Assembly (NCBI GenBank): GCA_965225945.1
Contig: CBDDBZ010000037.1
Location: 320,001 to 384,000 of the forward strand
Length of the DNA stretch: 64,000 nt
Source of the DNA: Alphaproteobacteria bacterium
GTDB taxonomy: Bacteria > Pseudomonadota > Alphaproteobacteria > GCA-2731375
Reading direction: 5' to 3'
Positions 31,609-42,831 of this stretch are shown piece by piece. The notes beneath the pieces were generated by a model that searched no databases, was not told the origin of the DNA, and saw only the letters and a list, made by a program, of their open reading frames with translations. The position numbers were made by a program, and so were the translations under genes. How positions within the stretch are numbered: the stretch's first letter is position 1; the number at the start of each line of letters is the position of its first letter.

Positions 31609-32001
31609 TCAATATGTCGCGACGGTCACATCCGTTCGGGAGAAATCATCGCCCTTGAACAACAGGGGGACCGAGAGATCCTGGGCCAGGGCGTAAGCGA
31701 AGCAGTCGCCGAAATTCAGTCTGGCCAGATGACGCCCTCGCCCGTAACGGCGGTATGCCCGGCGTGCGATATCGGCCTGCGGAACCGTGAAGGGGACGAC
31801 CTCGATGGCGAGCTTCGCGACCAGCAGATCGAGGTCGCGCACCCCATCCTCTCCATGTCTGCGCAGCATGACGATCGTTGCCTCGAGCAGGCTGGCGGCC
31901 GATACCATCGCTTCGGGCGCGGTCGAGATGGCCCGCGTCATCCTCTCCGTCTCCGGCTCTCGTCTCAGGATCGCGATCAAGGCCGAGGTGTCGACGATCA
32001 A
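31609..32001 (-). CDS. vapC: PIN-domain toxin
   Basis: [32 protein letters not shown]. Confidence 0.92.
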   Translation of the reverse strand: MIVDTSALIAILRREPETERMTRAISTAPEAMVSAASLLEATIVMLRRHGEDGVRDLDLLVAKLAIEVVPFTVPQADIARRAYRRYGRGRHLARLNFGDCFAYALAQDLSVPLLFKGDDFSRTDVTVATY

Positions 32002-32255
32002 TGGGGTAGCCCGTCCTCGTCGTAGCCGAGGATTTCGTCATCCGAGCGCGCGTCGAGCAGCGGCAGGGCGGCGCAATGCGCCGCAATCTCCATGACATCC
32101 TCGACGAGGCTCTCTATTCGCCGCCGCTTACGCTCTTCCTTGGCCAAGCGCTCCTTGAGCGCGCCGATGACGGCCTGTGTGAGTGTCTCGCCCGTCACGC
32201 GCGCCACTTCCCTCGCCAAGCGGTCCGCCTCGGGGTCTTTGATGCTCAATGCCAT
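31998..32255 (-). CDS. vapB: VapB antitoxin
   Basis: [18 protein letters not shown]...GETLTQAV, ending [10 protein letters not shown]. Overlaps the vapC start. Confidence 0.9.
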   Translation of the reverse strand: MALSIKDPEADRLAREVARVTGETLTQAVIGALKERLAKEERKRRRIESLVEDVMEIAAHCAALPLLDARSDDEILGYDEDGLPH

Positions 32256-32426
32256 TTAGGTACCTAGGTGCCAATTTGTCTCGCCTTCTAGAAATATAAA
32301 GATTCTCCGGCGCATGCAAGCTCGTGGGAATTTGACCGGTGTGGCGCCACGCGGGAGCATTGACACTCTCCCGGCGCCTCCCCGAACATGTAGGCGATGG
32401 CGATGGCCCGAGGGGGAGCGGAAGGG

Positions 32427-34118
32427 ATGGCCATGGACGGCAAGGGCGCGATCCACCCCTATATCCCGGAGATCGTGGAAAAGTGTCGCAAGGGCAAGGT
32501 CGCTCGCCGCGATTTCCTGCGCCTGGCGAGCCTGCTCGGCGTTTCCGCCGCCGCCGCGCATGCCTTGATCGGCCAGCGCCCGAGCCTCTTTTCGGCGGGA
32601 CCCGCGCGGGCCGCCGGCCCCGGTGGCGTGCTGCGCTGTTCCCACCGTGTGCAGGAAATCACCGATCCGGCGAAATTCGACTGGCCGGAGGCGGGAAACC
32701 TGGTCCGCCACGTGGTCGAATACCTGACGGTCACGGGTGCCGACAACATCACCCGGCCCTACCTCGCCGAGCGCTGGGCGGTGTCGGCGGACCTGAAGAC
32801 CTGGACCTTCCATCTCCGCCGGGGCGTCAAGTGGAGCAACGGCGACGACTTCGGCGCCGACGACGTGGTCTTCAACATCGAGCGCTGGCTGGACCCGGCG
32901 ACCGGCTCTTCCAACATCGCCCTGTTCTCGGCGATGGTCGAGGACGTCGATACCGGCAAGACCGACGGCGAGGGCAACCCGGTGATCGAGAAACGGATGA
33001 ACTCGGGCGCCGTCGAAAAGCTCGACCCCCATACCGTCCGGCTGCATCTCTCCCGCCCGTCGTTGTCGATCCCGGAGAACCTCTACAACTATCCGGCCGC
33101 GATCCTGCACCGTCGGTTCTCCGAGATGGGTGGAGACTTCGCCAAGCATCCGATCGGCACCGGCCCGTTCGAGATCACCGAGCATCGGCCGGGCGAGCGG
33201 TTCTCGCTTCGCCGTCGCGCCGCGCAAGCCTATTGGGGCCCGCCGGTGCGCCTCGACGGGATCACCTATGTCGATCACGGAGACGATCCGGCGACCCGGC
33301 TCTACGCCCTGATCGCCGGCGAGATCGACATGGTGAGCGAGATCGACATCGAGCAGTTCGACGTGATCGAGAAGGTGGCGGGCCTCCGCGTCAACCAGAC
33401 CGTGACCGCGCAGACCGCCGTCGCGCGCATGCAGATCTCTCAGGCACCGTTCGACAATCGGCTGCTCAGGCGCGCCATTCAGGCCGCGACCGACCGGCGC
33501 GAAATTCTGGAGGCGGCCTACCGCGGCCGGGGCGCGCCCGGCGAGGATCACCACGTTGCCCCGATCCATCCCGAATACTTCAAGCTGGCGCCGCTCAGGC
33601 GCGACGTCGACGAGGCGAAGCGTCTACTCGCCGAGGCGGGCTACCCCGACGGGATCCGTTTGAAGCTGGATCTGGGCCAAGCGGAGTCCTGGCACCTCGC
33701 GGCGATGCGGGCCTTCGCGGCGCAACTCGCCCCCGCCGGTATCGCCCTCGAGCTCAACGTGATGGCGGGCACGCGATACTGGGACGTCTGGGAGAAGACC
33801 GCTTTCGGCTTTACCGCGTGGACCCACCGGCCCTTGGGCGTGATGGCGCTCGACCTCGGCTACCGGGGCGGCGTGCCGTGGAACGAGACCCACTACGCCA
33901 ACCCCGACTTCGACCGCGCGCTGGACGAGGCGGGCGCCGCCCTCGATATCGGCGAGCGGCGCCGGAAGATGGAGCGGGTGGAGAGGATCCTGCAGGAGGA
34001 CGCGGTCATCGTGCAGCCGCTCTGGCGTTCGGTCTTCTCCGCGACCCACGAGCGGGTGCGCGACTACGCCGTCCATCCGACCTTCTACCACGACTTCCGC
34101 AAGGTTTGGCTCGGCTAG
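32427..34118 (+). CDS. ABC transporter substrate-binding protein, family 5, Tat signal
   Basis: [13 protein letters not shown]...[22 protein letters not shown]. Confidence 0.9.
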   Translation: MAMDGKGAIHPYIPEIVEKCRKGKVARRDFLRLASLLGVSAAAAHALIGQRPSLFSAGPARAAGPGGVLRCSHRVQEITDPAKFDWPEAGNLVRHVVEYLTVTGADNITRPYLAERWAVSADLKTWTFHLRRGVKWSNGDDFGADDVVFNIERWLDPATGSSNIALFSAMVEDVDTGKTDGEGNPVIEKRMNSGAVEKLDPHTVRLHLSRPSLSIPENLYNYPAAILHRRFSEMGGDFAKHPIGTGPFEITEHRPGERFSLRRRAAQAYWGPPVRLDGITYVDHGDDPATRLYALIAGEIDMVSEIDIEQFDVIEKVAGLRVNQTVTAQTAVARMQISQAPFDNRLLRRAIQAATDRREILEAAYRGRGAPGEDHHVAPIHPEYFKLAPLRRDVDEAKRLLAEAGYPDGIRLKLDLGQAESWHLAAMRAFAAQLAPAGIALELNVMAGTRYWDVWEKTAFGFTAWTHRPLGVMALDLGYRGGVPWNETHYANPDFDRALDEAGAALDIGERRRKMERVERILQEDAVIVQPLWRSVFSATHERVRDYAVHPTFYHDFRKVWLG

Positions 34119-34135
34119 TGGATTCTATCCACTAG
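34115..34135. repeat. 21-bp palindrome CTAGTGGAT-TCT-ATCCACTAG (inverted near-copy at 38698-38718)
   Basis: Perfect 9-bp arms. The second copy matches the reverse complement at 20/21. Both lie at gene 3' ends. Confidence 0.7.
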
Positions 34136-34195
34136 CGAGGGGCGCAGCACCTCGGCCGCGTCCAGGGTCGCCATCGGTTCCACGCTCGTCTTTCC

Positions 34196-35323
34196 TCATC
34201 CAGCTCGCGCCCGTCGGTATCCCAATGCCTCCGCGACCCGATCGGCGATGGCGAGGGAGGCGGTGAGTCCCGGGCTCTCGATGCCGTAAAGATTGACCAG
34301 ACCCTCGATGCCGTGCGCTTGCGCGCCCTGAATCCGGAAATCCTCGTCGTAGCCGCCGGGCTTCTCCACCTTGGGTCGAATTCCGGAATAGGCCGGCTGC
34401 AGCGCATCGTCGGGCAAGCCCGGCCAATAGCGGCGCACCGCCTCGTAGAACACGTCGGCGCGGCGGGGATCGACGTCGTAATCGATCTCCTCGATCCATT
34501 CCTGATCGGGACCGAAACGGTTGCGCCCGGCGAGGTCGACGCTGACGTGGACGCCGAGGCTGGTGCTCCCGGGCACCGGATAGATCAGCCGGGCGAACGG
34601 CTGGCGGCCGAGGAGCGAGAAATAGCTGCCCTTGCAGAAGAATTGATCCGGCACCGTCTCCGGCGCCAGCCCGGCGAGCGCGCGAGCGACGTCGGGGGCA
34701 TGGAGGCCGGCCGCATTGACCAGCATCCGCGCGGCCAGCCGGTATTCGCCTGTTCCCCCGTCGCCGATCGCCAATTCGAAGCCCCGGCCCGTCGCCTCGC
34801 CCCGGAGCAACGGCGAGAGGAAGGCGATCATCGCGCCGTGATCCTCCGCCTCGCCCTGATAGGCGAGCATCAGGGAATGGCTGTCGATGATCCCGGTGGA
34901 CGGCGAGACGATTGCCCCCGTCGCGCGGATCTCCGGCTCCAGCTCGCGCACCGCGTCGGCGCCGATCATGTGGAGGTCGTCCACCCCGTTGTCGTGGCCC
35001 CGGGCGATGATGGCCTCCAGCGTCTCGGCCTCCCCGTCCGAGGTGGCGACGATCAACTTGCCGCAATTCTGGTGCGGCACGCCGCGCTCGCGACAATATT
35101 GGTAGAGCCCGTGCCTGCCCTCGACGCAGAGTTGGGCCTTCAGGCTGTCCTTGGCGTAATAGATGCCGGCGTGGATCACCTCGCTATTTCGCGAGGAGGT
35201 TTCGGTGCCGATCATATCGGCGCGTTCCACCACCACGACCTCGACCCCGGCCATCGCCAGGCGGCGAGCCACCGCCAGCCCGACCACGCCGGCCCCGATC
35301 ACGATGCATTCGACCTGTTCCAT
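34196..35323 (-). CDS. FAD-dependent oxidoreductase, L-2-hydroxyglutarate oxidase-like
   Basis: IGAGVVGLA, TSSRNSEVIHAGIYY, GIESPGLTASLAIA. Confidence 0.88.
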   Translation of the reverse strand: MEQVECIVIGAGVVGLAVARRLAMAGVEVVVVERADMIGTETSSRNSEVIHAGIYYAKDSLKAQLCVEGRHGLYQYCRERGVPHQNCGKLIVATSDGEAETLEAIIARGHDNGVDDLHMIGADAVRELEPEIRATGAIVSPSTGIIDSHSLMLAYQGEAEDHGAMIAFLSPLLRGEATGRGFELAIGDGGTGEYRLAARMLVNAAGLHAPDVARALAGLAPETVPDQFFCKGSYFSLLGRQPFARLIYPVPGSTSLGVHVSVDLAGRNRFGPDQEWIEEIDYDVDPRRADVFYEAVRRYWPGLPDDALQPAYSGIRPKVEKPGGYDEDFRIQGAQAHGIEGLVNLYGIESPGLTASLAIADRVAEALGYRRARAG

Positions 35324-35429
35324 GAGGCCGGATTTCTGGCGCCATCGGCGAGGTTGGTCAAGCAGGTGTGATTTGTGCCGGGTCCGAGATTTCTGGGAAA
35401 CTGCCTGGGGAAATTCGGGAGAAGATCGA

Positions 35430-36419
<990 letters not shown>

Positions 36420-36437
36420 GTTGGAAGGCAGGGGCGT

Positions 36438-36749
36438 TCAAACATTCTCCGGCGCGTAACGCGCGACGTCGATGGTGTCGGCGCGCTCTCGCATGAGCGT
36501 GGCATCGTGCCAGGCCTGCATTCGAAGCATCGTGTTCATGTCCAGTCCGAAAGCCTTCTCAATCCGGATCGCCATTTCCGGCGTGAGGCGCGCCTTCTCG
36601 TTCACGAAATCGGACAGTGTCGCCCGGCGCACGCCCAGGATCTCGGCGGCCCTGGTGATCGACAATCCCAGCTCGTCGAGAATTTCCGCGCGGATAAAAT
36701 CGCCAGGGTGATCGGGCTTAATGCCGATTCTTTTTATCGCTTCGCTCAT
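36438..36749 (-). CDS. higA: HigA family antitoxin
   Basis: HPGDFIR, AAEILGVRRATLS HTH, TPEMAIRIEKAFG. Confidence 0.9.
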   Translation of the reverse strand: MSEAIKRIGIKPDHPGDFIRAEILDELGLSITRAAEILGVRRATLSDFVNEKARLTPEMAIRIEKAFGLDMNTMLRMQAWHDATLMRERADTIDVARYAPENV

Positions 36750-37033
36750 CAGTGATAATTCTCCAAGTTCAGACGCAAAATGTCTCCGTCCTCGACATCG
36801 AAGGTAATGCGCCAGTTGCCGGACACGCTGATGCTCCACGTCCCCGCCCGCTCGCCAGTCAACCGGTGGATACGTCAGACCGGCGGCGCCACAATGGTCT
36901 CCATGCCGTCGGCGAGGACCGGTGCCGTCACGACGCGGCCAAGGCGCCAGACCAGGTCACCGTGAAGCGCCCGCTCGTCGTTATTCTCGATAAGGCGCCT
37001 CAATCCTCGATGCCTGACGGAACGGATCCTCAT
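36749..37033 (-). pseudogene. higB: HigB/RelE toxin with in-frame TGA at 36875-36877
   Basis: MRIRSVRHRGLRRL...APPV*RIHRLTGERAGTWSISVSGNWRITF...ENYH*. The final stop overlaps the higA ATG. Confidence 0.85.
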
Positions 37034-37196
37034 GGGGCATTGTACGCCTGTACCGTACGATTTCAAATCACTTTTTCGGCTGCGCGACTTCGGGGCTCGC
37101 TGGACAGGCATCGTTTCGGGTACAATCTAGGGAACGCGGTGGCGCTACCTGTCGCCGCGCGGGGAGTGACGCGGAAGAGCGAGGGAGCACGTCGTC

Positions 37197-37922
37197 ATGA
37201 CGTCCGAGGATCGACCGGTCGCGCGCAAGGCGCCCACGTCGGTACCGTCCGCCTTGTCCGAGGTCAATGCGTTCCTCGACCAGGTCGCCGCCATGCCGCG
37301 CGTCAAGGAGAAAGCGGCACGCGGCCGCTTGCTCTTCGCCATGGACGCGACGGCGAGCCGCGAGCCCACCTGGGACATGGCCTGCCAGATCCAGGGCGAC
37401 ATGTTCGCCCAGGCGGCGACGCTCGGCGGGCTCGACGTGCGCCTCGTGTTCTATCGCGGTTATCGTCAGCTCAAGACGACGCCTTGGATCTCCAGCGCCG
37501 CCGATCTGATCCCCCACATGACCCGGGTCCGTTGCCTCGGCGGCCAGACCCAGCTCGAGCGGATGCTCGACTACGCCATCCACCTCACCCGCGAGCACAA
37601 GATCGATGCCATGGTCTTCGTCGGCGACGCGCTCGAGGAGGAGATCGACGCGGTATGCGCCAAGGCGGGCGAACTCGGCATGCTGGGCGTGCGCTGCTTC
37701 ATGTTCCAGGAGGGCCGGATCGAATTCGCCGAGCGCGGCTTTCGCCAGATCGCGACCCTGACGCGGGGCGCCTATTGCCGCTTCGATGCCGGCTCGGCGG
37801 CGCAGTTGAAGGCGCTGTTGGGCGCGGTCGCGGTCTATGCCGCGGGCGGCCGCCAGGCCCTGCTGACGCATGGCGAGCGGCGCGGCGGCGACGTCCTGCG
37901 GATCGCGCACCAGGTTCGATAG
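37197..37922 (+). CDS. VWA-domain protein
   Basis: MIDAS-like FAMDATASR, FVGDA. Confidence 0.82.
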   Translation: MTSEDRPVARKAPTSVPSALSEVNAFLDQVAAMPRVKEKAARGRLLFAMDATASREPTWDMACQIQGDMFAQAATLGGLDVRLVFYRGYRQLKTTPWISSAADLIPHMTRVRCLGGQTQLERMLDYAIHLTREHKIDAMVFVGDALEEEIDAVCAKAGELGMLGVRCFMFQEGRIEFAERGFRQIATLTRGAYCRFDAGSAAQLKALLGAVAVYAAGGRQALLTHGERRGGDVLRIAHQVR

Positions 37923-37929
37923 GCGGGCG

Positions 37930-38682
37930 ATGCACATCGGTTTCGCCTTTCTCGGCGTCTGCCTGCTGGTGGCCCTGTTGCTGGCGCGTAACTGGCTGCT
38001 GAACGCCGATCCCATGGCGATCGCCCGGGGCCTGCGCTATCTCGGCGTCGGCCTGTTGGGCGCGACGGGACTGTTTCTGCTGATCACCGGCCGCTTCAGT
38101 TGGGGAATACCCGCCGCCCTGGCGGCGCTCGCCCTCTTGCGGGGGATGTCGTTCCCGAAAATATCCTTTCCCTCCATGGGTGGCGGCCCGTCGAGTGGAC
38201 GCAGCTCCAAGGTCGAGACGATGTACCTTCGCATGCGCCTGGAGCACGACAGTGGCGAGATGAGCGGCGAGGTGTTGAAGGGGCCCTTCGCCGGCAAGCA
38301 GCTGGCGGCGCTGGATTTGGATAGCCTGGTGGCCCTGCTCGGCGAATGCCACCGCGAGGATGCGGATTCGGCGCAACTGCTGGAGACCTATCTCGACCGG
38401 GCGGTGGGCGGCGACTGGCGCGAGGCGGCCCGGGCCGGCGGCGCCACCGCCGAGGAACAGGGCGGGCGGGGTTGGGGGCCGCGCGGCGATAGCGCCCGCC
38501 CGCGCCCGCAGATGACGGCGGAGGAAGCGCGCGAGATCCTCGGCGTCGGGCCCGAGGCGACGGCGGAGGAGATCAAGGAGTCCTATCGCCGACTGATGCA
38601 TAAGCTGCATCCCGATCAAGGCGGCTCCACCTACCTCGCGACCAAGATCAACCAGGCCAAGGATATCCTGCTTGCCGTTTGA
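37930..38682 (+). CDS. Membrane-anchored J-domain protein
   Basis: N-terminal transmembrane segments and a C-terminal J-domain with LHPDQGGS. Confidence 0.87.
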   Translation: MHIGFAFLGVCLLVALLLARNWLLNADPMAIARGLRYLGVGLLGATGLFLLITGRFSWGIPAALAALALLRGMSFPKISFPSMGGGPSSGRSSKVETMYLRMRLEHDSGEMSGEVLKGPFAGKQLAALDLDSLVALLGECHREDADSAQLLETYLDRAVGGDWREAARAGGATAEEQGGRGWGPRGDSARPRPQMTAEEAREILGVGPEATAEEIKESYRRLMHKLHPDQGGSTYLATKINQAKDILLAV

Positions 38683-38734
38683 ACCGAGCACGCGATCCCA
38701 GTGGATAGAATCCACTAGAGCGGACAAATCGCCC

Positions 38735-40114
38735 ATGACGCACGAACTCGACGCGAGCGTGCTGCGCGAATACGACATTCGCGGCATCGTCGATTCCACC
38801 ATCGGGCCGGGTGATGCCTATGCGATCGGCCGCACGCTGGCGACCATCGCCGGGGAGGTAGGGGGGCGCGCCGTTGCCACCGGCTACGATGGCCGCCATA
38901 GCTCCCCCGGATTCGAGCAGGCGGTGGCCGAGGGCATTCGCGATGCCGGCCTGACGGCGCTCCGGGTCGGCCTGGGGCCGACGCCGCAGCTCTATTTCGC
39001 GGAGCACGAGCTCGGGGCCGACGCCGGGATCATGGTCACCGGCTCGCACAATCCACCGGATTACAACGGCTTCAAGTTGACCCTCCAGAGCAAGCCGTTT
39101 TTCGGCGAGTCGATCCAGGAGCTCGCGCGGCGAGCTGGCGCCGGCGCTTGGGCCACGGGCGAGGGCGAGATGATCGGCCACGACGTCGGGCCCGCCTATC
39201 TCGACCTGTTGGCCGCGACCTATGAAGCCGGAGCGCCGCTTTCCGTCGCCTGGGACTGTGGCCATGGTGCTACCGGCGACATCGTCGCGGCGTTGGTCGA
39301 GCGGCTGCCCGGGCGCCATCTGACGCTGTACGAGCGGATCGACGGCGACTTTCCCGCCCATCATCCGGACCCGACCGTGGCCGCGAACCTCCGGGACCTG
39401 ATCGACTGCGTGCGCCGCGAGGGTCTCGACCTCGGCATCGGCTTCGATGGCGACGGCGACCGGATCGGCGTGGTCGACGGCGAGGGCCGCATCATCTGGG
39501 GCGATCAATTGCTGACGCTGCTGGCCCGAGACGTGCTTCGCGAGTTTCCCGGCGCGCCGATTCTGGCCGACGTGAAGTCGAGCCAGACGCTCTTCGACGA
39601 GGTCGAGAAGGCCGGCGGTCGCGCCGTCATGTGCCGCACCGGTCACTCCATAATCAAGGCCGAGATGGCGCTCCTCGGCGCCCCGCTGGCGGGCGAGATG
39701 AGCGGCCATATCTTCTTCGCTGACAAGTTCTTCGGCCATGACGACGCGATCTACGTAGGCCTTCGCTTTCTCGATTTGGTGGCCCGCTCGGGCACCTCCG
39801 CGGCGGCGCTCCGCGACAGCCTGCCGGCGGTGGTGAACACACCCGAGATCCGCGTCGATTGCCCCGACGAGCGCAAGTTCGATCTGGTGGCGGAGGTGCG
39901 CGAGCGCTTGCTCGCGCGGGGCGCCCGGGTCAACGATCTGGACGGCGTCCGCGTGACCACCGAGGCAGGTTGGTGGCTGCTTCGCGCCTCGAACACCCAG
40001 CCGGTGGTGGTGCTCCGCTGCGAGGCCGGCGACGAGGCCGCGCTCCAGGCTCTCAGCGCCGAGGTCCGAGGCGAACTCGAGGCTTGCGGTCTCGCCGTAG
40101 GCGACGCGCTTTGA
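38735..40114 (+). CDS. Phosphomannomutase/phosphoglucomutase
   Basis: REYDIRG, TGSHNP, FDGDGDR, GEMSGH, RASNT. Confidence 0.94.
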   Translation: MTHELDASVLREYDIRGIVDSTIGPGDAYAIGRTLATIAGEVGGRAVATGYDGRHSSPGFEQAVAEGIRDAGLTALRVGLGPTPQLYFAEHELGADAGIMVTGSHNPPDYNGFKLTLQSKPFFGESIQELARRAGAGAWATGEGEMIGHDVGPAYLDLLAATYEAGAPLSVAWDCGHGATGDIVAALVERLPGRHLTLYERIDGDFPAHHPDPTVAANLRDLIDCVRREGLDLGIGFDGDGDRIGVVDGEGRIIWGDQLLTLLARDVLREFPGAPILADVKSSQTLFDEVEKAGGRAVMCRTGHSIIKAEMALLGAPLAGEMSGHIFFADKFFGHDDAIYVGLRFLDLVARSGTSAAALRDSLPAVVNTPEIRVDCPDERKFDLVAEVRERLLARGARVNDLDGVRVTTEAGWWLLRASNTQPVVVLRCEAGDEAALQALSAEVRGELEACGLAVGDAL

Positions 40115-40142
40115 TGCCGCCGGCGCGTGCCGTGGACTGGCC

Positions 40143-41042
40143 GTGATCCGCCTCGACGCCGAGGTCGCCGACGCCCTCGAGGCGGGACGCCCCGTGCTGG
40201 CCTTGGAGACCAGCATCGTCGCCCAGGGCTTTCCCAGGCCGGACAACCTGGCGGTCGGCCGGGAGATGGCGGCGGCGGCGCGGGGCGCGGGCGCGGTGCC
40301 GGCGATGATCGCCGTGGTCGACGGCGGGGTCCAGGTCGGTCTCGACGACGAGATGCTATTCCGCCTGGCGAACGAAGAGGTGCTGAAATGTTCGACGCGC
40401 GATCTGGCGGCCACGCTGCTCTCCGGTGAACTCGGCGCGACCACGGTCGCGGCGACGACGCGGATCGCCGCCGAGGTCGGCATCCGAGTCTTCGCCACCG
40501 GCGGTATCGGCGGCGTGCATCGCGGTGTCGGGCCGCCCGACGTTTCCGCCGATCTGGCGGAGTTGGCGCGCCGTCCGCTCTGCGTGGTCTGCAGCGGCGC
40601 CAAGTCGATCCTCGACCTGCCGGCGACGCTCGAGGCCCTGGAGACGCTGGGCGTTCCCGTGATCGGCCACGGCACGAATCGTTTTCCCGCTTTCCACGCC
40701 GTCGACAGCGGCCTTGCCGTGGCCAGCCGATGTGACGAGATCGCAGCGATTGCAGCACTTGCCGAGGCCCATTGGCGACTCGGCGGCGGCGGCCTGCTGG
40801 TCTGCGAGCCGCCGCCCGAGGATTTGGCGGTGGCGTCGGGCGAGCTCGAGATCTGGCTGGCGCGGGCGCTGGCGGAGGCGCGCTCGGCCTCGGTTTCCGG
40901 GCCGGCCTCGACGCCGTTTCTCTTGGCCGCGCTCAACCGCATTTCTGGTGGCGCGACGCTGGCGGTGAATCGCGCGCTGGCAATCGCCAATGCCGCCGTC
41001 GGCGCGCGTCTGGCCGGCGCGCTGAGCGGATCGCGGAGCTAG
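40143..41042 (+). CDS. psuG: Pseudouridine-5'-phosphate glycosidase
   Basis: LALETSIVAQG, GATTVAAT, FATGGIGGVHRG, DVSADL, GAKSILD. Confidence 0.9.
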   Translation: MIRLDAEVADALEAGRPVLALETSIVAQGFPRPDNLAVGREMAAAARGAGAVPAMIAVVDGGVQVGLDDEMLFRLANEEVLKCSTRDLAATLLSGELGATTVAATTRIAAEVGIRVFATGGIGGVHRGVGPPDVSADLAELARRPLCVVCSGAKSILDLPATLEALETLGVPVIGHGTNRFPAFHAVDSGLAVASRCDEIAAIAALAEAHWRLGGGGLLVCEPPPEDLAVASGELEIWLARALAEARSASVSGPASTPFLLAALNRISGGATLAVNRALAIANAAVGARLAGALSGSRS

Positions 41043-42277
41043 GAAACGGAGCGGCGGGCCGAGGTTCGTATTCGGGACGGCGGTAATGCCAGGCAGTCCA
41101 TGCGCCGTTGCTTGAGGACCCGGCAGGCTCGCTCGGCCTGCTCGCGCTTCAGACCGATCAGACGCGCACGGTAAGGTGGTTTGGCCCCGTCGACGACGGG
41201 CGAGACGGCGTAGCCGAAGCGCCGCAGCACGTCACCGACGGCTTCGCCGGCGAGCAACGCCTGGCGGCGCGCCAGGGCGAATTCCCGATAGGCGCCGACC
41301 TGAACCACCCATCCGCCGGTCCTGACCGGGGCGGCGGCGAGGGCGCGTGGCTTGCTCTTCGAAGCGATGCGAGGAACCGGCTTCGACCCCGGCCTCGGCG
41401 GATGTTTGTTGCTCGGCGGTGGCAGAATTCTGGCGGCGCGCTCGAAGCCGCTATCCAGCAAGCGCCGCATCCGGCGGTCGCGCCGCGCCGCCGTCCGGCC
41501 ACCATAGACGACGCCGATCAGCCGCCGCCCCTTACGCTCGGCCGAGGCCACCAGATTGAACCCCGAGACTCGAATATAGCCGGTCTTGATCCCGTCCGTG
41601 CCTTGGTAATTGACCAACAGCTTGTTGTGATTCTTGTAGCGCTGGCCCTTGAAGTGGAAGCTCTTGCGGCTGAAGTAACGATAGTCTGCCGGGAAATGCC
41701 GCAGCATGGCGCGGGCCAGGCGGGACATGTCGCGCGCCGTGCTCTTTTGGCGGGTATCGGGAAGGCCCGAGGCGTTGCGGAAGAACGTGCGATTCATCCC
41801 CAGGCGGCGCGCCGCCTGGGTCATCCGCCGAGCGAAGGCCGCCTCGGTCCGCGCGATCCGCTCCGCCAGCGCCGTCGCCACGTCGTTCGCCGACTTCGTC
41901 ACCAGGGCGAGAATTGCCTGCTCGACCGTGATCGATTTGCCCGCCGCGAGGCCCAGCTTGGAGGCCGGCTGGCTCGCTGCCCGCTTCGAAAAGCGAACCC
42001 GATCCTCGAGTTTGAGGCGGCCCGCGCGCAACTCCGCGAAGGTGATGTAGAGCGTCATGATCTTGGTGAGCGAGGCCGGATAGCGAAGTTGGTCGGCGTT
42101 GCGGGAATACAGCACCCTACCGCTCTCGGCGTCGACGACGATCGCGGCGTATTTCGCCGCTGCCGAAACCGTGCCGGCGAAGCCCATGAAGGCGAGCAGA
42201 GCCAGGAGCGTCATCAGGGCGGCGCGCGTGCGGGCGGAGCGCAAAATCGGCGAGCCGGGCAACCAGAATCCGAACAT
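41039..42277 (-). CDS. D-alanyl-D-alanine carboxypeptidase with C-terminal SPOR-like domain
   Basis: PASLTK (SxxK), SAN, KTG, C-terminal WVVQVGAY. Confidence 0.9.
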   Translation of the reverse strand: MFGFWLPGSPILRSARTRAALMTLLALLAFMGFAGTVSAAAKYAAIVVDAESGRVLYSRNADQLRYPASLTKIMTLYITFAELRAGRLKLEDRVRFSKRAASQPASKLGLAAGKSITVEQAILALVTKSANDVATALAERIARTEAAFARRMTQAARRLGMNRTFFRNASGLPDTRQKSTARDMSRLARAMLRHFPADYRYFSRKSFHFKGQRYKNHNKLLVNYQGTDGIKTGYIRVSGFNLVASAERKGRRLIGVVYGGRTAARRDRRMRRLLDSGFERAARILPPPSNKHPPRPGSKPVPRIASKSKPRALAAAPVRTGGWVVQVGAYREFALARRQALLAGEAVGDVLRRFGYAVSPVVDGAKPPYRARLIGLKREQAERACRVLKQRRMDCLALPPSRIRTSARRSVS

Positions 42278-42504
42278 CCGTCTCTATGGCCCTGAAATTC
42301 TTAACGAATCGTTAACACCATACGGAAGAAGACGGGTTCTTGTCCAGCGCTTATCCCACCGCCGCGTCTCGACCTCGGGCGGGTCGCGCGCCCCGCCTCG
42401 CCGATCGTCGGACCCCCGAGAGCGCTTCCCCCTTTCAAAGCGTCGACGGATCGCCGATATTAGGTGCTTGGGGGGTGAACCCGTGGAGGCCCCGGGCGAA
42501 GGCC

Positions 42505-42831
42505 ATGAAGGACGACCGAGACGATCAGGATTCCGGTACCGGCACCGGCGTCGTCACCTCTACCAAGACACGGACGAAGAAGCCGTCCATGTACAAGGTG
42601 TTGCTGTTGAATGACGACTACACGCCGATGGAATTCGTCGTCCACGTGCTGGAGCGCTTCTTCCACAAGGACCGCGAGGAGGCGACGCATATCATGCTAC
42701 ACGTGCATCGTCGCGGCGTCGGGATCTGTGGCGTCTATACTTACGACGTGGCCGAGACCAAGGTGGTGCAGGTGATCGATTTCACCCGTCGTCACCAACA
42801 CCCTCTGCAGTGTACAATGGAGAAGGATTAA
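42505..42831 (+). CDS. clpS: Clp protease adaptor
   Basis: [26 protein letters not shown]. Confidence 0.96.
   Translation: MKDDRDDQDSGTGTGVVTSTKTRTKKPSMYKVLLLNDDYTPMEFVVHVLERFFHKDREEATHIMLHVHRRGVGICGVYTYDVAETKVVQVIDFTRRHQHPLQCTMEKD

Noticed and set aside
36875-36877. Selenocysteine or readthrough at the higB TGA
   Set aside because: The position corresponds to Trp rather than Cys, so a TGG-to-TGA mutation is simpler.
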